Under the pieces are notes generated by a model. That model saw only the letters and a list, made by a program, of their open reading frames with translations, made no database searches and had not been told where the DNA came from. Positions 9,394-19,438 of a DNA stretch of 64,000 nt are shown one piece after another. The stretch comes from Desulfomonilia bacterium (GTDB taxonomy: Bacteria; Desulfobacterota; Desulfomonilia; UBA1062). The translations under genes were made by a program, and so were the position numbers. Each line of letters starts with the position of its first letter. The first letter of the stretch is position 1. The stretch is from positions 1 through 64,000 of the forward strand of contig CAXXDQ010000003.1 in NCBI GenBank assembly GCA_963664325.2. Direction: 5' to 3'.

Positions 9394-10551
9394 TCATACT
9401 GCTTCAAGGATCAGACATTTAAGATAAGCGGTTTCAGGCATTGCCAGCAGTGACGGATGGTCAAGGGCCTGTCCCCTTGACTCGAGAAGTCTTAATTCTT
9501 TTCCGGCGGAAACGGCCGCCTTCAGGATAACCTCATGGAAAATTTCAGGACTCATATTGTGGGAGCAGGAGCAGCTCACAAGGATGCCGCCGGATTTAAG
9601 TGCAAGCAGCGCCCGGCGGTTTATGTCGATATATCCCCTTATGGCATCAGGCAGGTCTTTCTTGGATTTTGCAAATGCCGGCGGGTCCATGATAATCATG
9701 TCTTGTGAATTGCGGTTTAATGATTTCAGGACATCAAGGGCTTCGGCCTCAATGAATTTGCAGTTGAGTTTGTTTATGGATGCATTATTTTTTGCACGCT
9801 CAATTGCAAAGGAAGAACTGTCAATACCTGTTACGCTTGCTGCGCCTGCTGATTTCGCAACAAGGGACCATGCACCGTCATAGCAATAAAAATCCAGTAC
9901 CGACCGGTCTTGGGCATATTTGCGTATTGCTTCCCGGTTGTCTCTCTGGTCAAGAAAAAGGCCGGTCTTCTGACCATTTAATACATCGACAACAAAACCA
10001 AGACCGTTCATTTTAGCAAAGACTCTTTCGGGCAGCCTGCCGTATGCAATGTATTTTGCTTGTTCCAAACCCTCAAGGAGGCGGGCCCTTGAATCGTTTC
10101 GAAAGACAATCGCTTCAGGGCTGAAAAGTTCAATTATACAATCCTTTATAATGTCCTGATAATCGGACATGAAAAGAGTATTGGCCTGACAGACGAAAAC
10201 ATCACCGTATCTGTCGATAACAAGGCCTGGAAGGTTATCCGATTCACTGTAGATAATCCTGTATGTATTGCTTTCGGGATATAATATTTTTTTTCTCTCT
10301 GATGCATCAAATATGCGTTTTAAAAAAATTTCCATTCCGGGCTCTTCCTCTTTTCTGGATATGATTCTGGCAGCAATCAGGGAATTAGGATTGATGTATC
10401 CGGTGCCGAGTAGGGCCTCTTTATGGGAATAAACCTTAACCCAGCCTTTAGAGAAATCTTTTAAAGGCTGGGCTATTTCATTGCTGAATACCCATTTGTG
10501 ACCTTTGATTAGTCTTTTTTCACACCCCTTTTTCAATTTCACAACCTGCAT
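9394..10551 (-). CDS. rlmI: RlmI-family 23S rRNA m5C1962 methyltransferase
   Basis: GHKWVFSNEI, GQKTGLFLDQR, DPPAFAK, CSCS, YLK. Confidence 0.85.
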   Translation of the reverse strand: MQVVKLKKGCEKRLIKGHKWVFSNEIAQPLKDFSKGWVKVYSHKEALLGTGYINPNSLIAARIISRKEEEPGMEIFLKRIFDASERKKILYPESNTYRIIYSESDNLPGLVIDRYGDVFVCQANTLFMSDYQDIIKDCIIELFSPEAIVFRNDSRARLLEGLEQAKYIAYGRLPERVFAKMNGLGFVVDVLNGQKTGLFLDQRDNREAIRKYAQDRSVLDFYCYDGAWSLVAKSAGAASVTGIDSSSFAIERAKNNASINKLNCKFIEAEALDVLKSLNRNSQDMIIMDPPAFAKSKKDLPDAIRGYIDINRRALLALKSGGILVSCSCSHNMSPEIFHEVILKAAVSAGKELRLLESRGQALDHPSLLAMPETAYLKCLILEAV

Positions 10552-10749
10552 AAGAAATACCCCTGATATGTTTTGCCGAGGCTATTACAAAAGCCATCAT
10601 GGTGCAAGGGCATCAGCACCATACATAGGTTTGATGTGTCCATAAAAATACGAAATCCAAACTCTGCCCTTGTTTTGATATTATTTTCAGCTATAATATA
10701 AAATAATAAATTCATGTCATGGGGCATAACGAACAATGGGGGAGGTTAC

Positions 10750-11088
10750 ATGGATTCTGCTGAAGCTGGCTTCATAGAAAGAAGGAAACATCCTAGAAAA
10801 CAGGCAAGGCACCTTGCACTTGTGAAAATAGGCTCGAATCTGTTTGGAAGAGGTTATACAAAGGATATAAGTCTGGGTGGTATCTGTCTCGAATCAGTAA
10901 GCATATTCAGACTCATCAAGCCTTCAAGGGTCAATGATCTGATCGGCCTTTCAATATCCGCCCAGTTTGCTGAGTCCCAATTGACAGTAAATGGCAAAGT
11001 CGTACGTATAAATCCTTCAAAAGGCGAAGCAGCCATAATGATTACAGAAACTACTGATAATTCCTTGTGGGAAGGTATGTGCGCTTAA
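10750..11088 (+). CDS. Stand-alone PilZ domain protein
   Basis: ERRKHPR and DISLGG c-di-GMP motifs; ggagg RBS before ATG 10750. Confidence 0.85.
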   Translation: MDSAEAGFIERRKHPRKQARHLALVKIGSNLFGRGYTKDISLGGICLESVSIFRLIKPSRVNDLIGLSISAQFAESQLTVNGKVVRINPSKGEAAIMITETTDNSLWEGMCA

Positions 11089-11212
11089 CTTAAAACGATT
11101 TTTAAAACCTTTTCTCTTCCGGTATATCAAATATTATCCTTAAAATCTCTTGAATTGTGTTTTTAAAAAAGGCAATAATCCCTCTTATGCTAGGGTAGAA
11201 ACGGAGGATCAC

Positions 11213-11521
11213 ATGCTGTTTGGGTATATTCTGACAGGCTTGGGCTATACGCTGCATATCCTTCTTAATGCCTATATGTGGATAGTCATTGTCGGGGCTC
11301 TTTTATCATGGGTCAATCCCGATCCCTATAATCCTATTGTGCGGTTTCTGCGTTCAGTAACAGAACCTTTATTCTACTTCATCAGGATGAAGTTCCCTTT
11401 TCTCAGGGCAGGCGGGATAGATTTTTCTCCCATTATCATAATTGCGGCAATATATTTTCTTGATTATGCCCTGGCCGGATACCTTATTGCCCTGGGGACT
11501 CGTTTGAGAATGGGGTTCTGA
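11213..11521 (+). CDS. yggT: YggT family membrane protein
   Basis: LLSWVNPDPYNPIVRFL...TEP...GGIDFSP. Confidence 0.9.
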   Translation: MLFGYILTGLGYTLHILLNAYMWIVIVGALLSWVNPDPYNPIVRFLRSVTEPLFYFIRMKFPFLRAGGIDFSPIIIIAAIYFLDYALAGYLIALGTRLRMGF

Positions 11522-11531
11522 AAACAACCGT

Positions 11532-11828
11532 ATGGCGGAATGGATTAAGGCAAAAGGCGAAAATATCCTGATTTCAGTCAGGGTACAGCCCGGTGCCTCA
11601 AAAGATGTCATTGCCGGGATCAGAGAAGGCTTTCTTTTTATAAAGCTTTGTTCACCGCCTGTTGACGGAAAGGCCAATGATTCCCTTATCAGGTTTGTTG
11701 CGAACAGACTTGATATTTCAAGGTCGTCAATTCAAATAGTATATGGAATAAAGAACAGGAAAAAACTGCTTGAAATTGCCGGCGTATCGACAGCAGATGC
11801 TGAGAATGCACTTACCCCGTTACCTTAA
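11532..11828 (+). CDS. yggU: DUF167 / YggU family protein
   Basis: VRVQPGAS...SPPVDGKAN; follows yggT. Confidence 0.9.
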   Translation: MAEWIKAKGENILISVRVQPGASKDVIAGIREGFLFIKLCSPPVDGKANDSLIRFVANRLDISRSSIQIVYGIKNRKKLLEIAGVSTADAENALTPLP

Positions 11829-12411
11829 CCCCACGATAGCCAAGCAGGAGGAGCTCTTCAGCCATATCTTTAATATCTCCGCCCGAGACCCTGAAGTGAT
11901 GAATTGTATCATCTTCATTTAAAGACATGCCTACGCTTATTATGTAGCCGCCTTTTGATTCTATTATTGAGACTACTTCATCGAATGATCCGTTTACATG
12001 CTTCAGGATAACATCTACCCTTGCCCCGCTTTTCAGAACACCCATCAGATCGATAAATACCCTGAGAATATCAATAATTGTAAGGATACCTACAACTTTG
12101 TCTTTCTCAACAACAGGGAGCGATCCGACTTTTTGTTCATATATAATGCGGGAGGCTTCTTCAAGTGTCGTTTCCCGTGTGACTGTCACTGGATTGCTCA
12201 TCATTACATCGCCTACCCGTAAAGTTTCGAGCATGCCGGTTAGGATTGCCTGCTTTGCGTCTGTCGATGTGATAAGGCCGACAAATTTTCCGGCATCTAC
12301 AACCGGCAGGTGCCTAACGGACTTTTTTTTCATCAGGGACAGGGCTTGCAGAATGCTCGAATCGGAAGTGATTGTAACAACGTTTTTAACCATCCAGTCA
12401 TTAACTTTCAT
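11812..12411 (-). CDS. CBS-pair + ACT domain protein (AcuB-like)
   Basis: Two CBS repeats (HLPVVD, SLPVV) and C-terminal ACT-like segment. Confidence 0.85.
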   Translation of the reverse strand: MKVNDWMVKNVVTITSDSSILQALSLMKKKSVRHLPVVDAGKFVGLITSTDAKQAILTGMLETLRVGDVMMSNPVTVTRETTLEEASRIIYEQKVGSLPVVEKDKVVGILTIIDILRVFIDLMGVLKSGARVDVILKHVNGSFDEVVSIIESKGGYIISVGMSLNEDDTIHHFRVSGGDIKDMAEELLLLGYRGVKVTG

Positions 12412-12496
12412 ATGAAACATATATCAAATTTTATCAGTTTAAAAAACCATTAAAAGAATACGTGCGGAAGCCCTTTGATGCTGTTATATTACCGAT

Positions 12497-13210
12497 ATGA
12501 CGGCTGCGATATTAGTTGGTTTATGCTCCGGTTTTATGGCTGGTCTTGTCGGTGTAGGCGGGGGATTTATATTTGTTCCTCTCATTATGTCCATATACAC
12601 TAATGTTAATATCCATAAGGCAATTGCCACATCAAGCGGTTTTGCCGTTGCAGCCGGCTTAAGCTCTTTTATAATCCATATACGAAGGGCTTCACCCTAT
12701 ATTGATATAGCAGCGGGTTTTCTCGCAGGAAGCCTGGCCGGAGCAGTTACGGGTCCTTATATCTCACTCATGATTGCTGAAAACATACTGACAAAACTCT
12801 TTGCAGCCATTGTTATATTGCCTGTTATTATGCGCGCCCTCAAGTTTTCCATAAAACCCAGGATGATATATATTGCGATGATGGGACTTGTTATCGGCTG
12901 CTTTTCATCCATTTTCGGCATAGGCGGCGGGATACTCATTATGCCGGTTCTTGTTCAGGCGTTCAACCTTGACCTGAGAAGGTCGCTTACCACGTCCGCC
13001 TTATTTATTGCTGTTAATTCGGCGGTGGCCACGACTGTATATGCCTTCAGAGGTTTTGTCATGTGGGAGATACTTCTTTTTGCAGCGCCTGCCGGTATTG
13101 CAGGGGCTTGGCTTGGCGCAAGGGCCTCACATAAACTTAAACCCATATATATCAAAGCCGCTCTGGTGGCTCTTTTGCTGGGAGTAGTTGTAAAAATGCT
13201 GCTGGCATGA
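12497..13210 (+). CDS. TauE/SafE family sulfite exporter
   Basis: Duplicated GVGGG/GIGGG motifs, hydrophobic throughout. Confidence 0.85.
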   Translation: MTAAILVGLCSGFMAGLVGVGGGFIFVPLIMSIYTNVNIHKAIATSSGFAVAAGLSSFIIHIRRASPYIDIAAGFLAGSLAGAVTGPYISLMIAENILTKLFAAIVILPVIMRALKFSIKPRMIYIAMMGLVIGCFSSIFGIGGGILIMPVLVQAFNLDLRRSLTTSALFIAVNSAVATTVYAFRGFVMWEILLFAAPAGIAGAWLGARASHKLKPIYIKAALVALLLGVVVKMLLA

Positions 13211-13213
13211 TTA

Positions 13214-14011
13214 CTACTGCCTTATATGCCTTATCAGAGGAATATTTTCATAATCTATATTGAATGAGGCCCTTAAAGGATTAATGTCTATGCCGCCTCG
13301 CCTGGTGAAAAGACAGTGAACCATAAGTCTTTCAGGCATGCATGCCAGGCTTATATCAAAAAAGATTTTTTCACAGCAGGCCTCCGCAAAATCTTCATGA
13401 TCACGAAATGAACAGATATAGGCAAGTAATGATTCATGAGAAATTTGAGGCCCCGTGTAATCGACAATGACGGTTGCCCAGTCAGGCTGAGAAGTGATCG
13501 GGCAGTTTGTATGAAGCAGGTTACTTATAAGCCTTTCTCTGGTTTTTGCAGGGGAGGTCTGCAGGAGTTTCGGATCCGGCATGTTCCTGGTGATATCTGT
13601 ATCCAGGCGATCTATGCTAATGCCGTAAATCTTTCCGGGTGAAACGGTTTTGATTTCTTCATCTGAATAAAGCCTGACTTCAATCCACGGGGAGACAAGG
13701 ACAGGTTGCAGGTCTGTTTTTATTGCTGAAGCCACTTCATCTTTGGAATCGAACCTTTCATACGACAGACCGTTAAGATACAGTTTCAGGGATTTCGATT
13801 CGATGAGGTTTGCGCTTGTCCTTGGATAGATGAGTTCCATTATGGCTATAACGGGCCTGCCTTTTGCATTCAGCCATGAGACCTCATATGCCCTCCACAG
13901 GTCAAAACCATACATAATGATACCGGGTTCAGGCCTTTTCACAGGATACAGAATGGCTGCATCCCTTTTGCGAGGTCCTTCAACCTTTTTTCCCAGGAGC
14001 AGTCCTTTCAT
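13214..14011 (-). CDS. queF: NADPH-dependent preQ0 reductase (bimodular type)
   Basis: GFDLWRAYEVSWLN, IESKSLKLYLN, CPITSQPDWA, TRRGGIDINP. Confidence 0.92.
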   Translation of the reverse strand: MKGLLLGKKVEGPRKRDAAILYPVKRPEPGIIMYGFDLWRAYEVSWLNAKGRPVIAIMELIYPRTSANLIESKSLKLYLNGLSYERFDSKDEVASAIKTDLQPVLVSPWIEVRLYSDEEIKTVSPGKIYGISIDRLDTDITRNMPDPKLLQTSPAKTRERLISNLLHTNCPITSQPDWATVIVDYTGPQISHESLLAYICSFRDHEDFAEACCEKIFFDISLACMPERLMVHCLFTRRGGIDINPLRASFNIDYENIPLIRHIRQ

Positions 14012-14685
14012 ACTTCGTACCTTGTCGGATCAAGACCCTTGTCGAATCCAAGTGAAGCTTTCCGTTCATTGCAGGTCGCACACTTTCCGCAATGCAAATC
14101 CCCTCCCTTATAGCATGACCATGTGAGACTGAAATCAAAACCGATACTTCTGCCGATTTCCGCTATCCTTGTTTTTGATATGGACACAAAAGGCGCAGTT
14201 ACCCTGACCCCGGTATAAGTTCCTTCGGATGCAGCCTTGCTTATGGCGTTCACGAAAGATTCCCTGCAGTCGGGGTAAACCGGATGATCGCCTGCATGTG
14301 CAGCAATGAGTACATCCCTTATTCCAAGATTTTCAGCCAGTCCTATGGCAATCGAGAGCATGATCCCGTTTCTGAAGGGCACAACGGTAGAGCGCATGTT
14401 GGTGTCATCATAGGAACCTTCAGGTACATCATCACCCGAAAGCAGAATAGTTGAAGAGAACAGTTCATTTACAAAGGGTAATGCGATCGTTGTAAATTCG
14501 GAATTGTACTTGTGCGCAAGGACTTTTGCCATAGCCAGTTCACGTGCATTGTGCCTTGAACCGTAATCAAATCCGACGGCATGTATCTTTGAATATTCTT
14601 TCCTGGAAACGGCGAGTAGCACTCCTGAATCCATGCCCCCGGACAGAAGAAGGACTGCGTCATTTCCTTGAACCTGCGTATTCAT
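14008..14685 (-). CDS. queC: 7-cyano-7-deazaguanine synthase
   Basis: SGGMDS, TVVPFRN, YPDCR, TWSCY...CGKCATC. Confidence 0.95.
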   Translation of the reverse strand: MNTQVQGNDAVLLLSGGMDSGVLLAVSRKEYSKIHAVGFDYGSRHNARELAMAKVLAHKYNSEFTTIALPFVNELFSSTILLSGDDVPEGSYDDTNMRSTVVPFRNGIMLSIAIGLAENLGIRDVLIAAHAGDHPVYPDCRESFVNAISKAASEGTYTGVRVTAPFVSISKTRIAEIGRSIGFDFSLTWSCYKGGDLHCGKCATCNERKASLGFDKGLDPTRYEV

Positions 14686-15308
14686 ATTCCCCTTTTAGTG
14701 CCGTAACAAAGGATATGCAGCCTCGGTGTCATGATAAATCCATTTTTAACGCAGAACTGAAAGACTTCCGGCATCATGTCGATCTGGGCTTTTCGTGTGT
14801 GTCCCTGCGGCATGATAAATACTCGGGATGCGTCGATATCATTATCACGGACAAACCTCTTTATTGCCCGGCCTCCCTTGCTTGAATCATACAGGAATTT
14901 CAGGCAGTCCGCCTTGGGAAGATCCTTTTTGTCTATAAGCCATCTTTTGTCAGGTCTTTTCGGGCTGAGCACAATAAAAGCGTTTTTAAGCTCAGGGATG
15001 CCGGCCTTGCCGCTTGTCTCGTACTGAACCGAAAAACTGTTCTCAACGAGCGATTCATGAAGCAGGAGTACTTCATTTTTCTGCATGAAAGGCTCCCCAC
15101 CCGTTATTACTATATTTGAACATCCGATTGCTTTAATCCGAGACAATACATAGTCTACCGGCATGTCTTTGCCGCCTGAAAGTGCATATCTGGTATCGCA
15201 CCAGGCGCAGTACGGCTCGATGCATCCTGCAAGCCTTACAAATGTGCACGGCCTGCCTATCCATGGTCCTTCGCCCTGGAGAGAGTAAAATATTTCGATT
15301 ATCTTCAT
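14682..15308 (-). CDS. queE: 7-carboxy-7-deazaguanine synthase (radical SAM)
   Basis: EIFYSLQGEG, RLAGCIEPYCAWCDT, ITGGEP, ETSG, SPK; likely start 15308. Confidence 0.92.
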   Translation of the reverse strand: MKIIEIFYSLQGEGPWIGRPCTFVRLAGCIEPYCAWCDTRYALSGGKDMPVDYVLSRIKAIGCSNIVITGGEPFMQKNEVLLLHESLVENSFSVQYETSGKAGIPELKNAFIVLSPKRPDKRWLIDKKDLPKADCLKFLYDSSKGGRAIKRFVRDNDIDASRVFIMPQGHTRKAQIDMMPEVFQFCVKNGFIMTPRLHILCYGTKRGI

Positions 15309-15371
15309 TTTTAAAGTTTGATAATTCCTTAAATCGGTTCCGGCAAACCCTGCCAATACCTGCGGCTGCTG

Positions 15372-16607
15372 TTAAATACGGTAAAGAACCTTTGCCGGAG
15401 AAACATCACGGCTTATGCCCTTAATTTTTGTCTTCGGCATGGGCTCAAAATTTATGCCGTTGTTGGAGAAACCGCATGCCAGCTTGTAAGTAGTTTCAGA
15501 TACGATTATTTCTCCATTGGCGGCTATTGATTCAAGTCTTTGAGCCATGTTCACGGGTTCTCCTATAACCGTATAGTTCATATGCTCGCTTGTGCCGATA
15601 TTCCCGGCAAGTGCGTTGCCCGATGCAATGCCGACGCCTACATCTATAGGTTTAAAGCCTTCCTTTATCAATGCTTTGTTAAGCTTCTTTACTTTAAGCT
15701 GAATTTTGATTGCACATTCTATTGATCTGATCACATCCTTCTGATCTGAAAATGGAATCCCGAATACGGCCATGAATCCGTCACCCAGAAATTTGTCGAG
15801 CATTCCTCCGAACTCGAATATGCATGGAACGACGCTTTCAAAATATTTGTTGAGGATTTCCACGACATCCTTGACATAGTATTTTTCAATCATGGGGGTA
15901 AATTCAGTGATATCTGCGAACAGGACCGTAACAGGTTTTATTTCACCTGAAAGCTCGTTTAAACCTTCATTTGCAACCAGGCGTTCTGCAAGTCCGCGGG
16001 AAAAATAACGGCTCAGGTTGATCCTCTTTTTCTCAAGGGTGATGACCTCTTTGTAGGATTTGACAAGAGATATCGTAATAGAGAGCTGGTCTGCTATAAG
16101 CTCAAAAAAACGGATATCATTTATCGTAAATGCATCATTATTGCTGTCTCGAAAATTGATGACTCCTATGCACTTGCCTTCGGATATTATAGGAACACAG
16201 GCCAGTGAGCCTTTCTGTCCTGTTCCCTTGTCTGCAAAAAGTTGATCAACACAGACATCAGTCAGATAAATCGTACGAACATTATCTATGACTTTTCCGG
16301 CAACCCCTTCTCCTCTTTTCAGACGTATCGCCTTGCGTTTTTTAGCCCCGAAAAGTTCTGACGCACCTACTATGTAAAGTTCGTCCCTTATCTCGTCGAG
16401 GACCATAAGGGAAATGCTGTATATGCCGGTATAATGTTTTACTATCTCCAGCTGCTTTGAAAATAGGTCTTCCCATGTAGAGATACTGGTTATTTTAAGC
16501 GTTTCACCTAGTTCCTTGAGAAGCGACAGCTCTGCAATTTTCTGTTCATAGGCATGTTCAAGCGCCACTATTTTTTCACTGAGAATGGTTTGAAGTTCCT
16601 GTTTCAT
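15372..16607 (-). CDS. GAF + class III adenylate/guanylate cyclase
   Basis: GEGVAG/GAF region; TVLFADITEFT, DKFLGDGFMAVFG, YTVIGEPVNMAQRLE. Confidence 0.92.
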   Translation of the reverse strand: MKQELQTILSEKIVALEHAYEQKIAELSLLKELGETLKITSISTWEDLFSKQLEIVKHYTGIYSISLMVLDEIRDELYIVGASELFGAKKRKAIRLKRGEGVAGKVIDNVRTIYLTDVCVDQLFADKGTGQKGSLACVPIISEGKCIGVINFRDSNNDAFTINDIRFFELIADQLSITISLVKSYKEVITLEKKRINLSRYFSRGLAERLVANEGLNELSGEIKPVTVLFADITEFTPMIEKYYVKDVVEILNKYFESVVPCIFEFGGMLDKFLGDGFMAVFGIPFSDQKDVIRSIECAIKIQLKVKKLNKALIKEGFKPIDVGVGIASGNALAGNIGTSEHMNYTVIGEPVNMAQRLESIAANGEIIVSETTYKLACGFSNNGINFEPMPKTKIKGISRDVSPAKVLYRI

Positions 16608-16609
16608 GT

Positions 16610-18037
16610 TTATGATAAAAGTATCATCCCCGCTTTTTTCTTCATATCTTCATACGTCCTTGAAATAATGTCCAGACTCAATGATACGTTTGGCCGTCTT
16701 AAAAATTCTGATGCAAAGTAATTAATCATGTCAATGTCAAGATGCCCGGTATGCGCTACATAATCAGCCACGTGAATTGTGACGGCCAGGGGTTCATTAA
16801 CGGCAAATGCCGGCAGATGATGAGCCCTGAGTCCATCGACTATTTCTTCGGGAAGTTGCCACCTGTCGGCAATATATGCACCTAACTCTGCGTGGCTCAG
16901 GCCATACTGGGTTTCTTCCTGGGCAAGTTCATCAATACCGGAATATCTGTTAATATCTCCCGGAAAACCCGCATGTTGGACAAAGGCAATTTTCCCGATG
17001 TCGTGCAGCAGACCTACTGTATAGGTAAGGTCTGCCGCCCTGCAACCGAAAAATGCCCCTAGCCAGTGGGATATATGTCCGGTCAGCAGGCAGTGCATCC
17101 AGAGGTTTTTTATTTCTGAAGAAGAGATGTTCATAATGAATTTATTGAGCGCCAGTGAAATGGAAAGATTAATTACCTCGTTGTTTCCCAGTATCACGAT
17201 TGCATGTTCCACGCTTTCAATTTTCCTGTGGAAACCGTAAAAAGCGGAGTTTACAACCTTCAGAACCTTTGAAGTTATTGCAGGATCGCTTTCGATGATG
17301 GAGGCCATTCTTGAAGCACTGGCATCTGGATCTCGGGCTATGCCTATGATCTTATGGGAAATCGAAGGCAGCGTATTAAGCTGATCAAAATTTCTGAACT
17401 TTTTAAGAGTCGTTGTGCCGGTTTTCTTTTTCTTTTCGAATTTATCTGTATAAGACCATTTTTCAAGTATTGAATCCAGATCATTCTCATCCTGATGCTC
17501 CTGCCTGGAAATCCTTCCAACCGCACCGGCCGGCAGCAGTTCTTTTATGTATTCCTTGCTTGATGGCGGCATCTCATTAATAATTTTACCGGATACATCA
17601 GCCTCTTTTGCTATGAAAGAATAGAACTGGTAAAAGGTCGAGCATACATATCTGATCTCAGGGTCTTCCTTCTGCTCGGCTGCCGATGTTTCCTTGATGC
17701 TTTCCCAGATGCTCTTCGCCCATTGTGAATTTCCTATCTGATTAAGCCGTTCTATTGCAAGAAATACAAGGCTGTAAAGGTCGGTTCCGTCAGTGGGATA
17801 AACAGCGATTCCCTTAGGGACTGACATGAAAGCTGCGGATGCTTCATTTACAGATACTCCTATCATCGCGATTAGTTCGTAATCCAGGTATGAAACATGC
17901 GTATCCATGTCACGGCTGTAGGAAATAACCTTGTCTTTAAAACCGGAGGGGACGGCTATGAGGGCGAGACTCCCTCCAAGCACCGCCACCTTTTTAACTT
18001 CTATCTCCAATGGGCGAATTCTTTCCGCATCATGCAT
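16610..18037 (-). CDS. HDOD domain protein with degenerate GGDEF-like N-terminal region
   Basis: DPAITSKVLKVVNSAFYG, GLLHDIGK, WQLP; start reassigned to 18037 to avoid overlap with moeA. Confidence 0.85.
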   Translation of the reverse strand: MHDAERIRPLEIEVKKVAVLGGSLALIAVPSGFKDKVISYSRDMDTHVSYLDYELIAMIGVSVNEASAAFMSVPKGIAVYPTDGTDLYSLVFLAIERLNQIGNSQWAKSIWESIKETSAAEQKEDPEIRYVCSTFYQFYSFIAKEADVSGKIINEMPPSSKEYIKELLPAGAVGRISRQEHQDENDLDSILEKWSYTDKFEKKKKTGTTTLKKFRNFDQLNTLPSISHKIIGIARDPDASASRMASIIESDPAITSKVLKVVNSAFYGFHRKIESVEHAIVILGNNEVINLSISLALNKFIMNISSSEIKNLWMHCLLTGHISHWLGAFFGCRAADLTYTVGLLHDIGKIAFVQHAGFPGDINRYSGIDELAQEETQYGLSHAELGAYIADRWQLPEEIVDGLRAHHLPAFAVNEPLAVTIHVADYVAHTGHLDIDMINYFASEFLRRPNVSLSLDIISRTYEDMKKKAGMILLS

Positions 18038-18104
18038 GACACTTATATCGTCACAAGGCTTAACATTCTTGACTTGGTTTTTCTCGTGCACTAGGATGCC
18101 CTGC

Positions 18105-19304
18105 ATGATCAGTGTTGAAGAGGCCAGAAAAACCATATTGTCAAAGATTAATGTACTGCCTGCAGAGAAGGTTTTCATAACTGAAGCAACAGGTAGGTGC
18201 CTGGCGGAAGATATAATCTCGGAAGTCGATGTGCCTCCCTGGGACAATTCTGCGATGGACGGTTATGCGGTAAGCATAAAGGATATAGAATCCGTTCCTG
18301 CACGAATTCATGTCAGCCAGGATATTCCCGCAGGCGCCATTCCTTTAAAACTTGAAACTGGAACTTCAGCCAAGATAATGACAGGGGCGCCGGTGCCGGA
18401 GGGTGCTGATGCGGTTGTCATGAGAGAGGACACCGAGGAAACGCAGGAATGGGTAGTTATCAGGAAAAAGCCGGGAAAAAATGAAAACATACGGTTTAGA
18501 GGTGAAGATATTAAAAAGGGGTCCGTCGTTCTAGGAAAAGGCACCATGATAAGCCCATCTCATGCAGGCCTCTTTGCATCGATCAGGAAGATGATGATTT
18601 ATTGCCATCAGATTCCCCGGATAGCAGTACTTTCAACCGGAGATGAGATAAGGGATATTGATGAGGATAATATTAAAGGTAAAATCACATCATCAAATAC
18701 GTACTCGCTGATAAGCCTGATCAGACAGGCAGGAGGTGAGCCTATTAATCTGGGTATCGCGCGGGATGACAAAAAGCATCTTGAAAAATGTCTTTCTGCC
18801 TCTGGACGGGCCGACCTGATAATAACGTCCGGTGGCGTTTCAGTTGGCGACTACGACATGGTAAAGGATGTTTTGACATCAGGCAATAATGTAATGGAGT
18901 TCTGGAAAGTAGCCATTAAGCCTGGCAAACCGCTTGCATTCGGGTCAATTTCAGGAATACCCGCAATAGGCCTTCCGGGCAATCCCGCTTCAGTCGTCGT
19001 TGCATTTTACCAGTTTGTAAGGCCCGCGATTATGAAAATGATAGGTTCGGACAGGGTTTTATTGCCGAGAATAAAGGCAAGGCTGAATGCGGATATAAAA
19101 AAGAAGGCGGACAGACCTCATTATGTAAGAGCGACACTGACACTGTGGCCCGAGCCGTCAGTAATGCCATCAGGCGAACAGGGGTCAGGGGTTCTTTCAA
19201 CAATGACATCTTCGAACTGTTTTATTGTTCTTCCCGGGGAGGTTTCTATAGCAGAAAAAGATACTATTGTTGAATGTGAGATTTTTAATCCCTTGACTCT
19301 TTGA
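18105..19304 (+). CDS. moeA: Molybdopterin molybdenumtransferase
   Basis: MISVEEAR, PPWDNSAMDGYA, IMTGAPVPEGAD, TSGGVSVGDYD, GLPGNP. Confidence 0.95.
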   Translation: MISVEEARKTILSKINVLPAEKVFITEATGRCLAEDIISEVDVPPWDNSAMDGYAVSIKDIESVPARIHVSQDIPAGAIPLKLETGTSAKIMTGAPVPEGADAVVMREDTEETQEWVVIRKKPGKNENIRFRGEDIKKGSVVLGKGTMISPSHAGLFASIRKMMIYCHQIPRIAVLSTGDEIRDIDEDNIKGKITSSNTYSLISLIRQAGGEPINLGIARDDKKHLEKCLSASGRADLIITSGGVSVGDYDMVKDVLTSGNNVMEFWKVAIKPGKPLAFGSISGIPAIGLPGNPASVVVAFYQFVRPAIMKMIGSDRVLLPRIKARLNADIKKKADRPHYVRATLTLWPEPSVMPSGEQGSGVLSTMTSSNCFIVLPGEVSIAEKDTIVECEIFNPLTL

Positions 19305-19438
19305 AGCTAGCCACTATTACTAACGTATGCCATGAGGCTGGCTGCTAAAAAGGCAGGTTATAAAATAAAAAAGAATATTGACAGGCCTGTCCCATTATGT
19401 TTATTTGCGAACTTCCATTTGAAAATTCGGAGGAAGAG

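Noticed and set aside
13214-15308. queECF as part of a Dpd DNA-deazaguanine modification/defence island
   Set aside because: No dpdA/tgt-like or other dpd genes nearby, and QueF points to the tRNA queuosine route.
17931-18247. Apparent ~300-bp overlap of the HDOD and moeA ORFs
   Set aside because: Disappears when starts are set to 18037 and 18105.
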